Below are positions 13,980 through 21,689 of a DNA stretch of 32,509 bases, one piece after another (position 1 is the stretch's first letter; each line of letters opens with the position of its first letter). The stretch is from Candidatus Bipolaricaulota bacterium (lineage in GTDB: Bacteria > Bipolaricaulota > Bipolaricaulia > UBA7950 > UBA9294). The notes under the pieces are model-generated. The model was not told the DNA's origin. It saw only the letters and a program-made list of their open reading frames with translations, and did no database searches. A program made the position numbers and the translations under genes. Where the stretch lies: positions 1-32,509 of the forward strand of contig JAJOKK010000079.1 in NCBI GenBank assembly GCA_021129875.1. The letters run 5' to 3'.

Positions 13980-14717
13980 ATGGCTGAGATCGCGATCACC
14001 TGCCTTGGGTCGGGATCGGCCCTGGGAGAAGGGCGGATGTGGAGTTCCCTCCTGCTCGATGAGCAGACCCTGCTCAGCCTCCCCCCTACTACCATCCCCC
14101 AACTCTACCGCTTGGGGAAGGATCCGACCGCGATCGATCGTATCTTCATCAGCCATCGCCATGCCGACCACTTCTTTGGGCTGCCCTTCTTCCTCCTTCT
14201 CTACCTCTACCGTTATACCCGGGATACCCCCCTCTTCATCATCGGGCCGGCGGGGATGGAAGAAGCGACTGCGCGACTGTGTGATATAGCCTGGTCCGAC
14301 CCTGATATCATGGAGAAACTGGCGCAAAGGGCCCGGCTCTCCTTCGTGGAGATCGAAGAAGAAGGAGAACATCGGGCAGGGGGAATCGCGTTTGAAGCCG
14401 TGCAGATGGACCATTTTGGGATGGATGCGTACGGATATCGCATTACGCACAAAGGGCGCAAGATTGCGTTCACCGGTGATACCAAGGCATGCCTACAGCT
14501 TGACCGCCTTATCGATGGCGCCGATATCGTGATCACCGAATTCACCCACGCCGTTCCGACTGACGATCCCGGGCACATGGACGTAGATGCGGTCAAGCTG
14601 TTGACAGCGCGGGTGCGGCAACAGGGGGGGATCGTCCTCGCGACCCACCTGAGCGAAGCCCCCGCTCCGATCGAGGGGCTTCTACTCTGCCGAGACGGCG
14701 AGACGTACCTGGTCTGA
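13980..14717 (+). CDS. MBL-fold metallo-hydrolase (RNase Z / cyclic-nucleotide phosphodiesterase-like).
   Basis: 245 aa with the HRHADH motif after ITCLGSGSA..LLLD. The ATG lies 2 nt after the TAA of the upstream gene. Confidence 0.8.
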   Translation: MAEIAITCLGSGSALGEGRMWSSLLLDEQTLLSLPPTTIPQLYRLGKDPTAIDRIFISHRHADHFFGLPFFLLLYLYRYTRDTPLFIIGPAGMEEATARLCDIAWSDPDIMEKLAQRARLSFVEIEEEGEHRAGGIAFEAVQMDHFGMDAYGYRITHKGRKIAFTGDTKACLQLDRLIDGADIVITEFTHAVPTDDPGHMDVDAVKLLTARVRQQGGIVLATHLSEAPAPIEGLLLCRDGETYLV

Positions 14718-14773
14718 CAGGTAGCGGCTATCGCGCCCGGTGGACGGAGCTTGGGAAAGGCTCAAGTGTACGT

Positions 14774-14866
14774 GGGGTCAAACCTTTGATCTTGGTGTTT
14801 TTTCGTTACTCGGCATTTTCGCGCGATCACTGGCCCGCAAAACACCAAGATCAAAGGTTTGACCCC
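14774..14866. repeat. Perfect 28-bp inverted repeat with a 37-nt spacer.
   Basis: GGGGTCAAACCTTTGATCTTGGTGTTTT (14774-14801) is the exact reverse complement of 14839-14866. Confidence 0.95.
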
Positions 14867-14878
14867 GGGCTTTCCCGT

Positions 14879-14902
14879 AGGGGCGAAAGATCTTTCGCCC
14901 CT
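14879..14902. repeat. Perfect 24-bp palindrome AGGGGCGAAAGATCTTTCGCCCCT.
   Basis: Read directly from the sequence; centred on GATC. Confidence 0.95.
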
Positions 14903-14982
14903 ATCCAACAGAACAGATGAACTAGCCCGAGAGGTTGCTGTGACCTCTCTACCAATACCTGCCTTATTATGTGACGCCTCTA

Positions 14983-15189
14983 TTAAAATAACGTTGGCTC
15001 GTCTTCTCCGTCACCATGCAGAGCCATATCGCTTATTAAACTGAGGAACACTCCGAGTGAATTGCATAAGTTGCTTACAATCTTACTATACATCAACCTC
15101 TCTTCCAACACTTTTATTTTTTGCATTTCTTTTAGAGTGGCGAGTATTTCCGTTGAAATACCATCCATGATTTTTTCGGGATCCATCAT
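14983..15189 (-). CDS. Hypothetical small protein (68 aa; 67 aa if the second ATG is used).
   Basis: AAGGAGG (15194-15200) lies 4 nt upstream of the first ATG and 7 nt upstream of the second (tandem ATG ATG). Visibly AT-rich relative to its surroundings. Predicted helical N-terminus, hydrophobic stretch IVSNLCNSLGVFLSLISDMAL, acidic tail. I recognise no homology. Confidence 0.45.
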   Translation of the reverse strand: MMDPEKIMDGISTEILATLKEMQKIKVLEERLMYSKIVSNLCNSLGVFLSLISDMALHGDGEDEPTLF

Positions 15190-15247
15190 CTTTCCTCCTT
15201 TATTTGCTTGGTTAGCCGTCCCCCATTGGATCGGCTAGTGTTTCTCT

Positions 15248-15763
15248 GAGGCTTTATTAACGTTAACTGTTGACCCATAGCCGGTAGCGGCGATGAGGAG
15301 AGAGTGCAATACGCACTAACCAATTCTCCAAGCTGATAGATGCCAGGCAAGCTGACACTACGACAACTTAGTCCCTAACTGCGGTAGGAGGCTCTCGATC
15401 CATACAGACCAACAGCTAATACGAATAAAACCTTCTCTAATGGCATTACTCAAACCTGCCACCATGGTTTCATTTTTGTTTCCTTTTTTCGCGTTCTCAA
15501 GAAAAACACCCCAATGAATTGACGGTGCATCAGAGCCTGTTTCGTAAACCCTTTCCACCGCTCGTCTTCAACCCTAACCCCCTAGTTTCAAGTATTTTGC
15601 CGTAAAGAATGCAAAGAGCGCTGAGATCAAGCATTAAGGTTCCAATTCCACTCTCTGCGTGCTCTGCGTTCTTGGGGGGTGTAGTAAGTCCCCAATCGGC
15701 TACTACACCCCCCGAGACGGTGAAAGCTTCTGCAAGGAGAAGAGGTTCGTGCAACAGCCTGAA
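15248..15763. repeat. Dispersed non-coding element, copy B (longer, with three copy-specific insertions).
   Basis: See copy A. B-only segments lie at 15318-15354 and 15606-15673, and 15431-15584 does not align. Hairpin at 15674-15713. Confidence 0.85.
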
Positions 15764-15870
15764 GAGTAATGGACTGTTCTTTATCCGCGTCTATGCGCGT
15801 TCCTTCGCGGTTAGGTCTTTTTCGGCGAACGGGATCGTCGTCTGTGAGAGACCCCTCATGCCCACCACAA

Positions 15871-15912
15871 AGCAGGAGCCCCTTCATCCACTAGGATAAA
15901 GGGGCTCCTGCT
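15871..15912. terminator. Hairpin terminator after rplQ, possibly bidirectional.
   Basis: 14-bp perfect stem AGCAGGAGCCCCTT/AAGGGGCTCCTGCT with a 14-nt loop, 21 nt after the rplQ stop. Followed by UUGUGGUG on the minus strand and by AUAUUUGCAGAUUUUCUU on the plus strand. Confidence 0.55.
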
Positions 15913-15933
15913 ATATTTGCAGATTTTCTTCGG

Positions 15934-16284
15934 TTAGACCAACATCAGCCGTGCTAGCTCGGCACCATCACCGCGGCGAGGGCCGAGTTTCACTACCCGG
16001 GTGTACCCACCAGGACGATCTTTGAATCGCGGCCCAATCTCGTCGAAGAGCTTGTCGACCGCCGCCTTATCCTGCAGTCGGGAGAAGACAAGACGTCTTG
16101 CGTGCAGGTCCCCCCGCCGTGCCAGCGTAATCACTCGCTCGGCATACCGCTGGCTGGCTTTTGCCCGTCCGAATGTGGTATCCACCTTCGCATGCATGAT
16201 CAGCCCAGTGGTGAGGGTCGCCAGGACGCTCTCCCGACGGGCTTTCGCCATCCCTATCTTATAGCCAGTCCGTCTATGCCGCAT
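15934..16284 (-). CDS. rplQ: 50S ribosomal protein L17.
   Basis: MRHRRTGYKIG.. N-terminus; last gene after rpoA. Confidence 0.95.
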   Translation of the reverse strand: MRHRRTGYKIGMAKARRESVLATLTTGLIMHAKVDTTFGRAKASQRYAERVITLARRGDLHARRLVFSRLQDKAAVDKLFDEIGPRFKDRPGGYTRVVKLGPRRGDGAELARLMLV

Positions 16285-16286
16285 CG

Positions 16287-17234
16287 TTAACCCTCTCCTT
16301 CTACATTGAGTGAGTGACCAAGTTCACGCAGCCGATCTTCTACTTTGTTCAAGGTCTTCTCCCCGAAACCATGGATGTCAAGCAGCTCCACCCGAGGCTT
16401 GCTAAGAAGATCGTTCAAGGTCACGATTTCCGCCTCCTGAAGAAGGTTACAGGCCCGCTGATCAATGCCGAAATCAGCCAATGGAATATCATACTGACCC
16501 GTCCCTTTCTCTGGATCATCCTCCGTCTCCAGCCCAAATGGATGTTCAGCAAACCCCTGGAACAGATTGAGGTGACGCTGGAAGATCAGCGCAGCCTCAG
16601 AGAGGGCTTCCTCAGGCTTGATCCCCCCGTTCGTCGTCAGTTCGAGGATCAGCCGCTCGTACCCTGTCTTTCCCCCGACACGCGTCTCTTCAACACGGAA
16701 GTTCGTCTGACGCACCGGCGAAAAATCCGCGTCGATTGGGATGAGCGCCAGCGGGGAGTCCTCAAGCCGGTTCATCTCCGCCGGAGAATATCCATATCCG
16801 GTTTCGACCTCCAGCTCCATCTCCAGTGCCCCTTTCTCGTTCAACGTGGCGATATGCAGATCAGGGTTGATCACCTCTACCCCGGGAGGGAGGGAAAGAT
16901 CAGATCCTTTCACCTCGCAGGGACCGTCCTTCTCAATTATCAGACGCTTCCGGTCATCATCATGGAGGCGCAGGGACAGTTCTTTCAGGTTGAGGATGAT
17001 CTCCAGAACATCCTCCTTCACCCCTTCTATCGTGTCGTACTCATGGTGCTTTCCGGCGAAGTTGACCCGCACAACGGCCGCACCGGGGATCGAGGAGAAG
17101 AGTAACCGTCGAAGTGTGTTTCCCAGTGTAGTGGCAAACCCACGCTCGAGCGGTTCGATAACAATCTTTCCCCGCACTGCGGACAGTTCCTCTACCTTAA
17201 TCTTTTGTGGGAAGACCAGCTCATCCATACTCAA
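16287..17234 (-). CDS. rpoA: DNA-directed RNA polymerase subunit alpha.
   Basis: 315 aa; GFATTLGNTLRRLLFSSIPGAA; operon position between rpsD and rplQ. Confidence 0.95.
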   Translation of the reverse strand: MSMDELVFPQKIKVEELSAVRGKIVIEPLERGFATTLGNTLRRLLFSSIPGAAVVRVNFAGKHHEYDTIEGVKEDVLEIILNLKELSLRLHDDDRKRLIIEKDGPCEVKGSDLSLPPGVEVINPDLHIATLNEKGALEMELEVETGYGYSPAEMNRLEDSPLALIPIDADFSPVRQTNFRVEETRVGGKTGYERLILELTTNGGIKPEEALSEAALIFQRHLNLFQGFAEHPFGLETEDDPEKGTGQYDIPLADFGIDQRACNLLQEAEIVTLNDLLSKPRVELLDIHGFGEKTLNKVEDRLRELGHSLNVEGEG

Positions 17235-17238
17235 CCTC

Positions 17239-17862
17239 CTAGCGAGAGTAGAACTCGACGATCAGGTTAACAGCGATGCTGTACCCTGTCTCCTCGAGAT
17301 TGGGAGAGCCAATCGCCTGAACGGTCATCGCCTCCAGGTCCTTCTCCAGCCAACTCGGCGCCACACGACCTTTGTTCGCTTCCAAGATAGCCTTCACCCG
17401 CGCACGCCGCCCCTCTTTGACCGCTACGACATCCCCTTCACGAAGTATGATAGAAGGGATGTTCGCCCCCCGCCCGTTCACCTGAAAATGTCCGTGGCTG
17501 ATCATCTGACGGGCCTGGTTACGCGAGGAAGCAAACCCGGCACGGTAGAGCGCGTTGTCGAACCGCCGTTCGAGCAACACCAGAAGAGTTTCGCCGGTGA
17601 TCCCTTTCCCCTGCTTTGCCTGCGCAAAGTAGTTACGGAACTGTCTCTCGCGTATTCCGTAAATTCGCCTCACCTTCTGCTTCTCCCTTAGGTGCAGTAG
17701 ATACTGACTCCGCCGTGTACGTCGCTTCTTCGGGAGTTCTCCCGGCGGCGAACTGCGTTGCGACACCGGGCAGCTCGACGCGTAGCAGCGGTCCCCTTTG
17801 ATAAAGAGTTTTTCCTCTTCCCGACGGCATTTTCTGCACTTGGGTCCTGTATCTCTTCCCAT
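17239..17862 (-). CDS. rpsD: 30S ribosomal protein S4.
   Basis: 207 aa; N-terminal Cys cluster CRKCRR..C..SC; S4 domain. Confidence 0.95.
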   Translation of the reverse strand: MGRDTGPKCRKCRREEEKLFIKGDRCYASSCPVSQRSSPPGELPKKRRTRRSQYLLHLREKQKVRRIYGIRERQFRNYFAQAKQGKGITGETLLVLLERRFDNALYRAGFASSRNQARQMISHGHFQVNGRGANIPSIILREGDVVAVKEGRRARVKAILEANKGRVAPSWLEKDLEAMTVQAIGSPNLEETGYSIAVNLIVEFYSR

Positions 17863-18212
17863 TATCGTCTCCCTTTGATGTTGCTGTGAGAGACCGGGGT
17901 GACGTTGCGGACTTCCTCAACACGAATTCCAGACCCCTTTATCGTCTGTACAACCGACTGCCGTCCCGACCCAGTCCCTTTCACCAACACCATAACCGTT
18001 CGAACCCCATAGTCCTTCAGCTCGCGCACAAGGGACTCGGCCGCGATCTGGGCGGCATAAGGGGTCCCTTTTCGCGACCCTTTATACCCGACTACCCCCG
18101 GACTCTTCCAGGTGATCGGGTTATCGTTCACGTCGGTCACCGTGATAATGGTGTTGTTGTAAGTCGCATGGATGTGGATCCTTGCCCGCTCTAACTTGAT
18201 ATTCTTCGCCAT
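17862..18212 (-). CDS. rpsK: 30S ribosomal protein S11.
   Basis: 116 aa; IHIHATYNNTIITVTD; TAATG 1-nt overlap with rpsD. Confidence 0.95.
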   Translation of the reverse strand: MAKNIKLERARIHIHATYNNTIITVTDVNDNPITWKSPGVVGYKGSRKGTPYAAQIAAESLVRELKDYGVRTVMVLVKGTGSGRQSVVQTIKGSGIRVEEVRNVTPVSHSNIKGRR

Positions 18213-18214
18213 CC

Positions 18215-18580
18215 CTACCTCTTCTTTCCTGCCTTAGCCGGCCGCGATCCTTTCCAAGTGCGTGCGTTCGACCGTGTTCGTTGCCCCCGCACTGGAAGAC
18301 GGCGCTTATGGCGAATCCCGCGATAAGCGTTGATATCCTTCAACCGCTGGATGTTCGAGAAGACCCGCCGGCGCAGATCACCCTCAATAACGTGTTGTTC
18401 CACTTCCCGTCGTAGAGAGGCTACCTCTTTCTCCGTCAGATCCTTCCCTCGTACATCAGGGGAGATCCCCGAGCTTTCGATGATCTCCGCCGCCCGCGTC
18501 GTGCCGATGCCGAAGATATAGGTCAGCCCGACTTCTATCCTCTTGTCATTCGGCAGGTTGACTCCGGCTATCCGCGCCAT
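18215..18580 (-). CDS. rpsM: 30S ribosomal protein S13.
   Basis: [26 protein letters not shown]. Confidence 0.95.
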   Translation of the reverse strand: MARIAGVNLPNDKRIEVGLTYIFGIGTTRAAEIIESSGISPDVRGKDLTEKEVASLRREVEQHVIEGDLRRRVFSNIQRLKDINAYRGIRHKRRLPVRGQRTRSNARTWKGSRPAKAGKKR

Positions 18581-18592
18581 GATTCCATCCCC

Positions 18593-18706
18593 CTAGCCTT
18601 GTCGCTGCTTGTGCTTTGGATTCCGGCAAATGATCATCACCCGGCCATGCCGGCGAATCACCTTGCAGTTAATGCACATCTTCTTCACTGAACTTCGAAC
18701 TTTCAT
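18593..18706 (-). CDS. rpmJ: 50S ribosomal protein L36 (Zn-binding form).
   Basis: Below the ORF-track size cut-off. Hand translation gives [37 protein letters not shown] then TAG. Confidence 0.9.
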   Translation of the reverse strand: MKVRSSVKKMCINCKVIRRHGRVMIICRNPKHKQRQG

Positions 18707-18725
18707 CGTTAATCAGACATCGCAG

Positions 18726-18998
18726 CTAGCTCTCCCGGTATACTATCCGCCCCTTTGTCAGGTCGTACGGTGAGAACTCCACGATCACGCGGTCCCCAGT
18801 CAGGATACGGATGTAGTGCTTTCGAATCTTCCCTGATATATGGCAGAGAACAATATGTTCGTTCGGAAACTGCACCCTGAACATCGAACTCGGAAGGCTC
18901 TCGACCACCTCCCCTCGTTGACGGATTACATCCGTCTCTGTGGAGGTTGAAGGCGATATCACCCTTCTCTTCTGACCGCGTCTGTTCGTTTTAGCCAC
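18726..18998 (-). CDS. infA: Translation initiation factor IF-1 with a basic ~18-aa N-terminal extension.
   Basis: Core [66 protein letters not shown]. There is no in-frame ATG before the core; GTG 18998 has GGAGGTG 12 nt upstream. Confidence 0.85.
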   Translation of the reverse strand: MAKTNRRGQKRRVISPSTSTETDVIRQRGEVVESLPSSMFRVQFPNEHIVLCHISGKIRKHYIRILTGDRVIVEFSPYDLTKGRIVYRES

Positions 18999-19761
18999 TA
19001 CGTCTTACTTCACCTCCTCGTGTTAATACATCTATTCCCGCCTCCGTAATAGCGACGGTATGCTCGAAATGAGCGGCCACCCCCCCCGACGCAGTCACCA
19101 CGGTCCATCCATCATCGAGGACCATGGTCGGGTCGGGGTCGTTTTTCACCATCGGTTCAATCGCAAAGACCATCCCCGCTTGCAACCGCGGGCCGTTCCC
19201 AGGTGGGCCATAATTCGGAATCTGGGGATCCTCATGGAGATCCCGGCCGATCCCATGGCCGACATACTCCTTCACTACGTGCAGCCCTTCTCTCTCGATG
19301 TAAGAACCGATCGCATGTGAGATATCCGACAAGCGGTTCCCTAGTGTAACCTGTTCGATCCCACACCACAAGCTCGCCTCCGTCACCTGCAGGAGATGTC
19401 TTGTCTGTTCGTCAATCTCGCCCACTGCTACGGTCATCGCTGTATCACTGTACAGACCGTCGCGGAGCAGGCCGATGTCGACTGAGAGGATATCCCCTTC
19501 ACGCAGAATTCGCGTTCTTGTCGGGATTCCGTGGACGACCTCCTCGTTGAGCGAGGCGCAGATCGTCGCTGGGTAGCCCCGGTACCCCTTGAATGCCGGC
19601 TTTGCCCCGGCTTGACGGAGCAGATCTTCGGCCATCTCATCGAGGAACGCCGTGCTCTTCCCCGGAACCGCCTGGCGGCAGACCTCAGCAAGGATCGCCG
19701 CAAGGGTCTGTCCGTTTTCGCGCATCACCGTAAGCTCCGAGCGTGTCTTTAAGGCGATCAT
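18991..19761 (-). CDS. map: Type I methionine aminopeptidase.
   Basis: MetAP1 motifs ([23 protein letters not shown]). Start trimmed from TTG 19764 to ATG 19761 (TGATG overlap with the adk stop). Confidence 0.9.
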   Translation of the reverse strand: MIALKTRSELTVMRENGQTLAAILAEVCRQAVPGKSTAFLDEMAEDLLRQAGAKPAFKGYRGYPATICASLNEEVVHGIPTRTRILREGDILSVDIGLLRDGLYSDTAMTVAVGEIDEQTRHLLQVTEASLWCGIEQVTLGNRLSDISHAIGSYIEREGLHVVKEYVGHGIGRDLHEDPQIPNYGPPGNGPRLQAGMVFAIEPMVKNDPDPTMVLDDGWTVVTASGGVAAHFEHTVAITEAGIDVLTRGGEVRRSG

Positions 19762-20393
19762 CAAGAGAGAAGAGCGGTGGTGATCTCCGCAAGGACCGCC
19801 TCTGTCGATCCTGAACCATCAACTTCGTGTAAAAGACCGCGCTGCCGGTAGAAATCGATCAACGGGGCAGTCATCTTTGTGTAGACATCATACCGATTCT
19901 CAATCACCGCTCGTTTATCATCGTCACGCTGGAACAGTTCGTCGTTGCAGGCATCGCAGCGCCCTGCATCCGTCGGCGGACCGAAGAGAAGGTTGTAAAT
20001 CCTCCCGCATCCGCGACAGACACGCCGGGACGAGAGCCTGTCGATCACCGTCTCGCGCGATAGATCGATGTTGATCGCCAGATCGAGCGCCGTTATCTCA
20101 GCGAGCGCTTCGGCCTGAGTCACAGTGCGGGGGAACCCATCGAGGATGAACCCGTCAGCCGGCCCCGCAATCCGGCCCTTGATCATCTCGATGATCAAGG
20201 GGTCGGGGACCAGGTCTCCCCGGTCCATATACCCCTTAGCCGTGAGGCCAAGCCGTGTCGTGCGTACCACCTCATCGCGGAGAATATCTCCGGTCGACAG
20301 GTGAGAAAGGCCGTTCTGTGCGGCGATCATCTTCGCCTGTGTTCCCTTTCCCGCCCCTGGTGGCCCGAGCAGGGTCAGTCGTCGTATGCTCAT
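19761..20393 (-). CDS. adk: Adenylate kinase (Cys4 zinc lid).
   Basis: GPPGAGKGT P-loop; lid CRGCGRIY..CDACNDEL. Confidence 0.95.
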   Translation of the reverse strand: MSIRRLTLLGPPGAGKGTQAKMIAAQNGLSHLSTGDILRDEVVRTTRLGLTAKGYMDRGDLVPDPLIIEMIKGRIAGPADGFILDGFPRTVTQAEALAEITALDLAINIDLSRETVIDRLSSRRVCRGCGRIYNLLFGPPTDAGRCDACNDELFQRDDDKRAVIENRYDVYTKMTAPLIDFYRQRGLLHEVDGSGSTEAVLAEITTALLS

Positions 20394-20397
20394 ACCG

Positions 20398-21687
20398 TCA
20401 TCGCCTCCGCCCGAGCAGCCCGCCCGCCTTTGTCAGGCTCTCGTAGTGGCGCATCACCAGATGGGCCTCCATCTGCATGATCGTGTCGAGACCCACACCG
20501 ACCACGATTAGAAGTGCCGCACCCCCAATAAGGTGCATCGCGGCGATCCCACTCAACCCAGCGAAGATAAACGGCATCACCGCAATCCCGCCAAGGAAGA
20601 TGGCACCGACAAGCAGTATCCGGTTCAGCACACCTGATATGTAGTCGGCCGTCGGCCTCCCCGGCCGAACCCCGGGGATGAACCCGCCCGACTCACGCAC
20701 GTTCTTCGCCACATCCTGCGGATCGAAGACGATCGAGCTATAGAAGTAGGTGAAAAAGAAGATAAGTAGCACATAGAGAAGAATATAAAGGAGGGTCCCC
20801 ATCTCGATATGCGGCGCCATCCAGTTGAGCGCCGGAATCGCATTAAATAGGGTCACCGGCATTGTGAGCAATGCCGAGGCAAAGATGATCGGGATCACTC
20901 CGCCCTGGTTGATGCGGATCGGCAGGTGCGAACTATGTCCCCCGTAGACCCGGCGTCCCGAGGTCCTTTTTGCATATTGAATCACTATCTTCCGCCGCCC
21001 TTGCTGGATCATCGTCACTCCGCCGATCACGATCACGAACAGGCCAATCATCCCCACACCCCAGAATGGGCTCACCGCTCTACCGGCGATATCGGCATAC
21101 GTAATCCACATCTGCCTGGGGAAGCCGGCGAGTATCCCGACCATGATGATCATGCTGATCCCGTTCCCGATTCCGTTCTCGGTCATTCGCTCGCCGAGCC
21201 ACATCAAGAAGACTGTCCCCGTGGTCAGCGCAACGATCGAGGTTATATAGAACCAGGGGCCGATCGGGCCGATAGCGGCCTCCCTGATAACCAGAGTCAT
21301 CCCCGCCCCTTGAGTGATGGCCAAGCCGAGGGTCGCCCACCGGGTGTAGGCGGTGATCTTTCGCTGTCCTTCACGACCCTGTGCCTGTAACTCCTTCAGC
21401 TTGGGAATAACCGCGGTGAGAAGGCTGAAGATGATCGACGCGGTGATGTACGGGGTCACCCCAAGGGCAAACAAGGAGAACCGTTCCAAGGCACCCCCGG
21501 TGAACATGTTCATGAAATCGAAGACCCCCCCGGCATGGGCCGCAAAGAAGTGCCTCAACGCCTCAGCGTCGACCCCGGGGACAGGGATTAGCGTACCTAG
21601 GCGGAAGACGATGATCGCACCCATGGTAAACAGGATCCGCTTGCGCAGTTCGGGTATCTTAAACAGGTGGCTAAGCTGCTCCCACAT
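20398..21687 (-). CDS. secY: Preprotein translocase subunit SecY.
   Basis: 429 aa, 10-TM pattern; sits between rplO and adk. Confidence 0.95.
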   Translation of the reverse strand: MWEQLSHLFKIPELRKRILFTMGAIIVFRLGTLIPVPGVDAEALRHFFAAHAGGVFDFMNMFTGGALERFSLFALGVTPYITASIIFSLLTAVIPKLKELQAQGREGQRKITAYTRWATLGLAITQGAGMTLVIREAAIGPIGPWFYITSIVALTTGTVFLMWLGERMTENGIGNGISMIIMVGILAGFPRQMWITYADIAGRAVSPFWGVGMIGLFVIVIGGVTMIQQGRRKIVIQYAKRTSGRRVYGGHSSHLPIRINQGGVIPIIFASALLTMPVTLFNAIPALNWMAPHIEMGTLLYILLYVLLIFFFTYFYSSIVFDPQDVAKNVRESGGFIPGVRPGRPTADYISGVLNRILLVGAIFLGGIAVMPFIFAGLSGIAAMHLIGGAALLIVVGVGLDTIMQMEAHLVMRHYESLTKAGGLLGRRR

Positions 21688-21689
21688 GT

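Noticed and set aside
12534-14717. Reading the cyclase + cNMP-binding + MBL trio as a Pycsar-like antiphage system.
   Set aside because: The cyclase keeps the Lys/Asp pair typical of adenylate cyclases. The cNMP-binding protein has no TM or TIR killing domain. The genes are divergent rather than in one operon. I therefore kept it only as a cAMP-signalling module hypothesis.
15358-15899. ORFs 15358..15558, 15530..15754, 15609..15899 and 15627..15887 in the island.
   Set aside because: They overlap each other on both strands, lack convincing SD sequences, and are not conserved in frame with copy A.
16314-17691. Long plus-strand ORFs (263 and 316 aa) opposite rpoA/rpsD. Similar cases: 21775..22692 opposite rplO/rpsE, 4179..5036 opposite rny, 13974..14450 opposite the MBL gene, and 413..1119 opposite mazG.
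   Set aside because: These are typical GC-rich antisense open frames. Their products are Arg/Ser/Pro-rich, they lack SD sequences, and the opposite strand encodes unmistakable conserved proteins.
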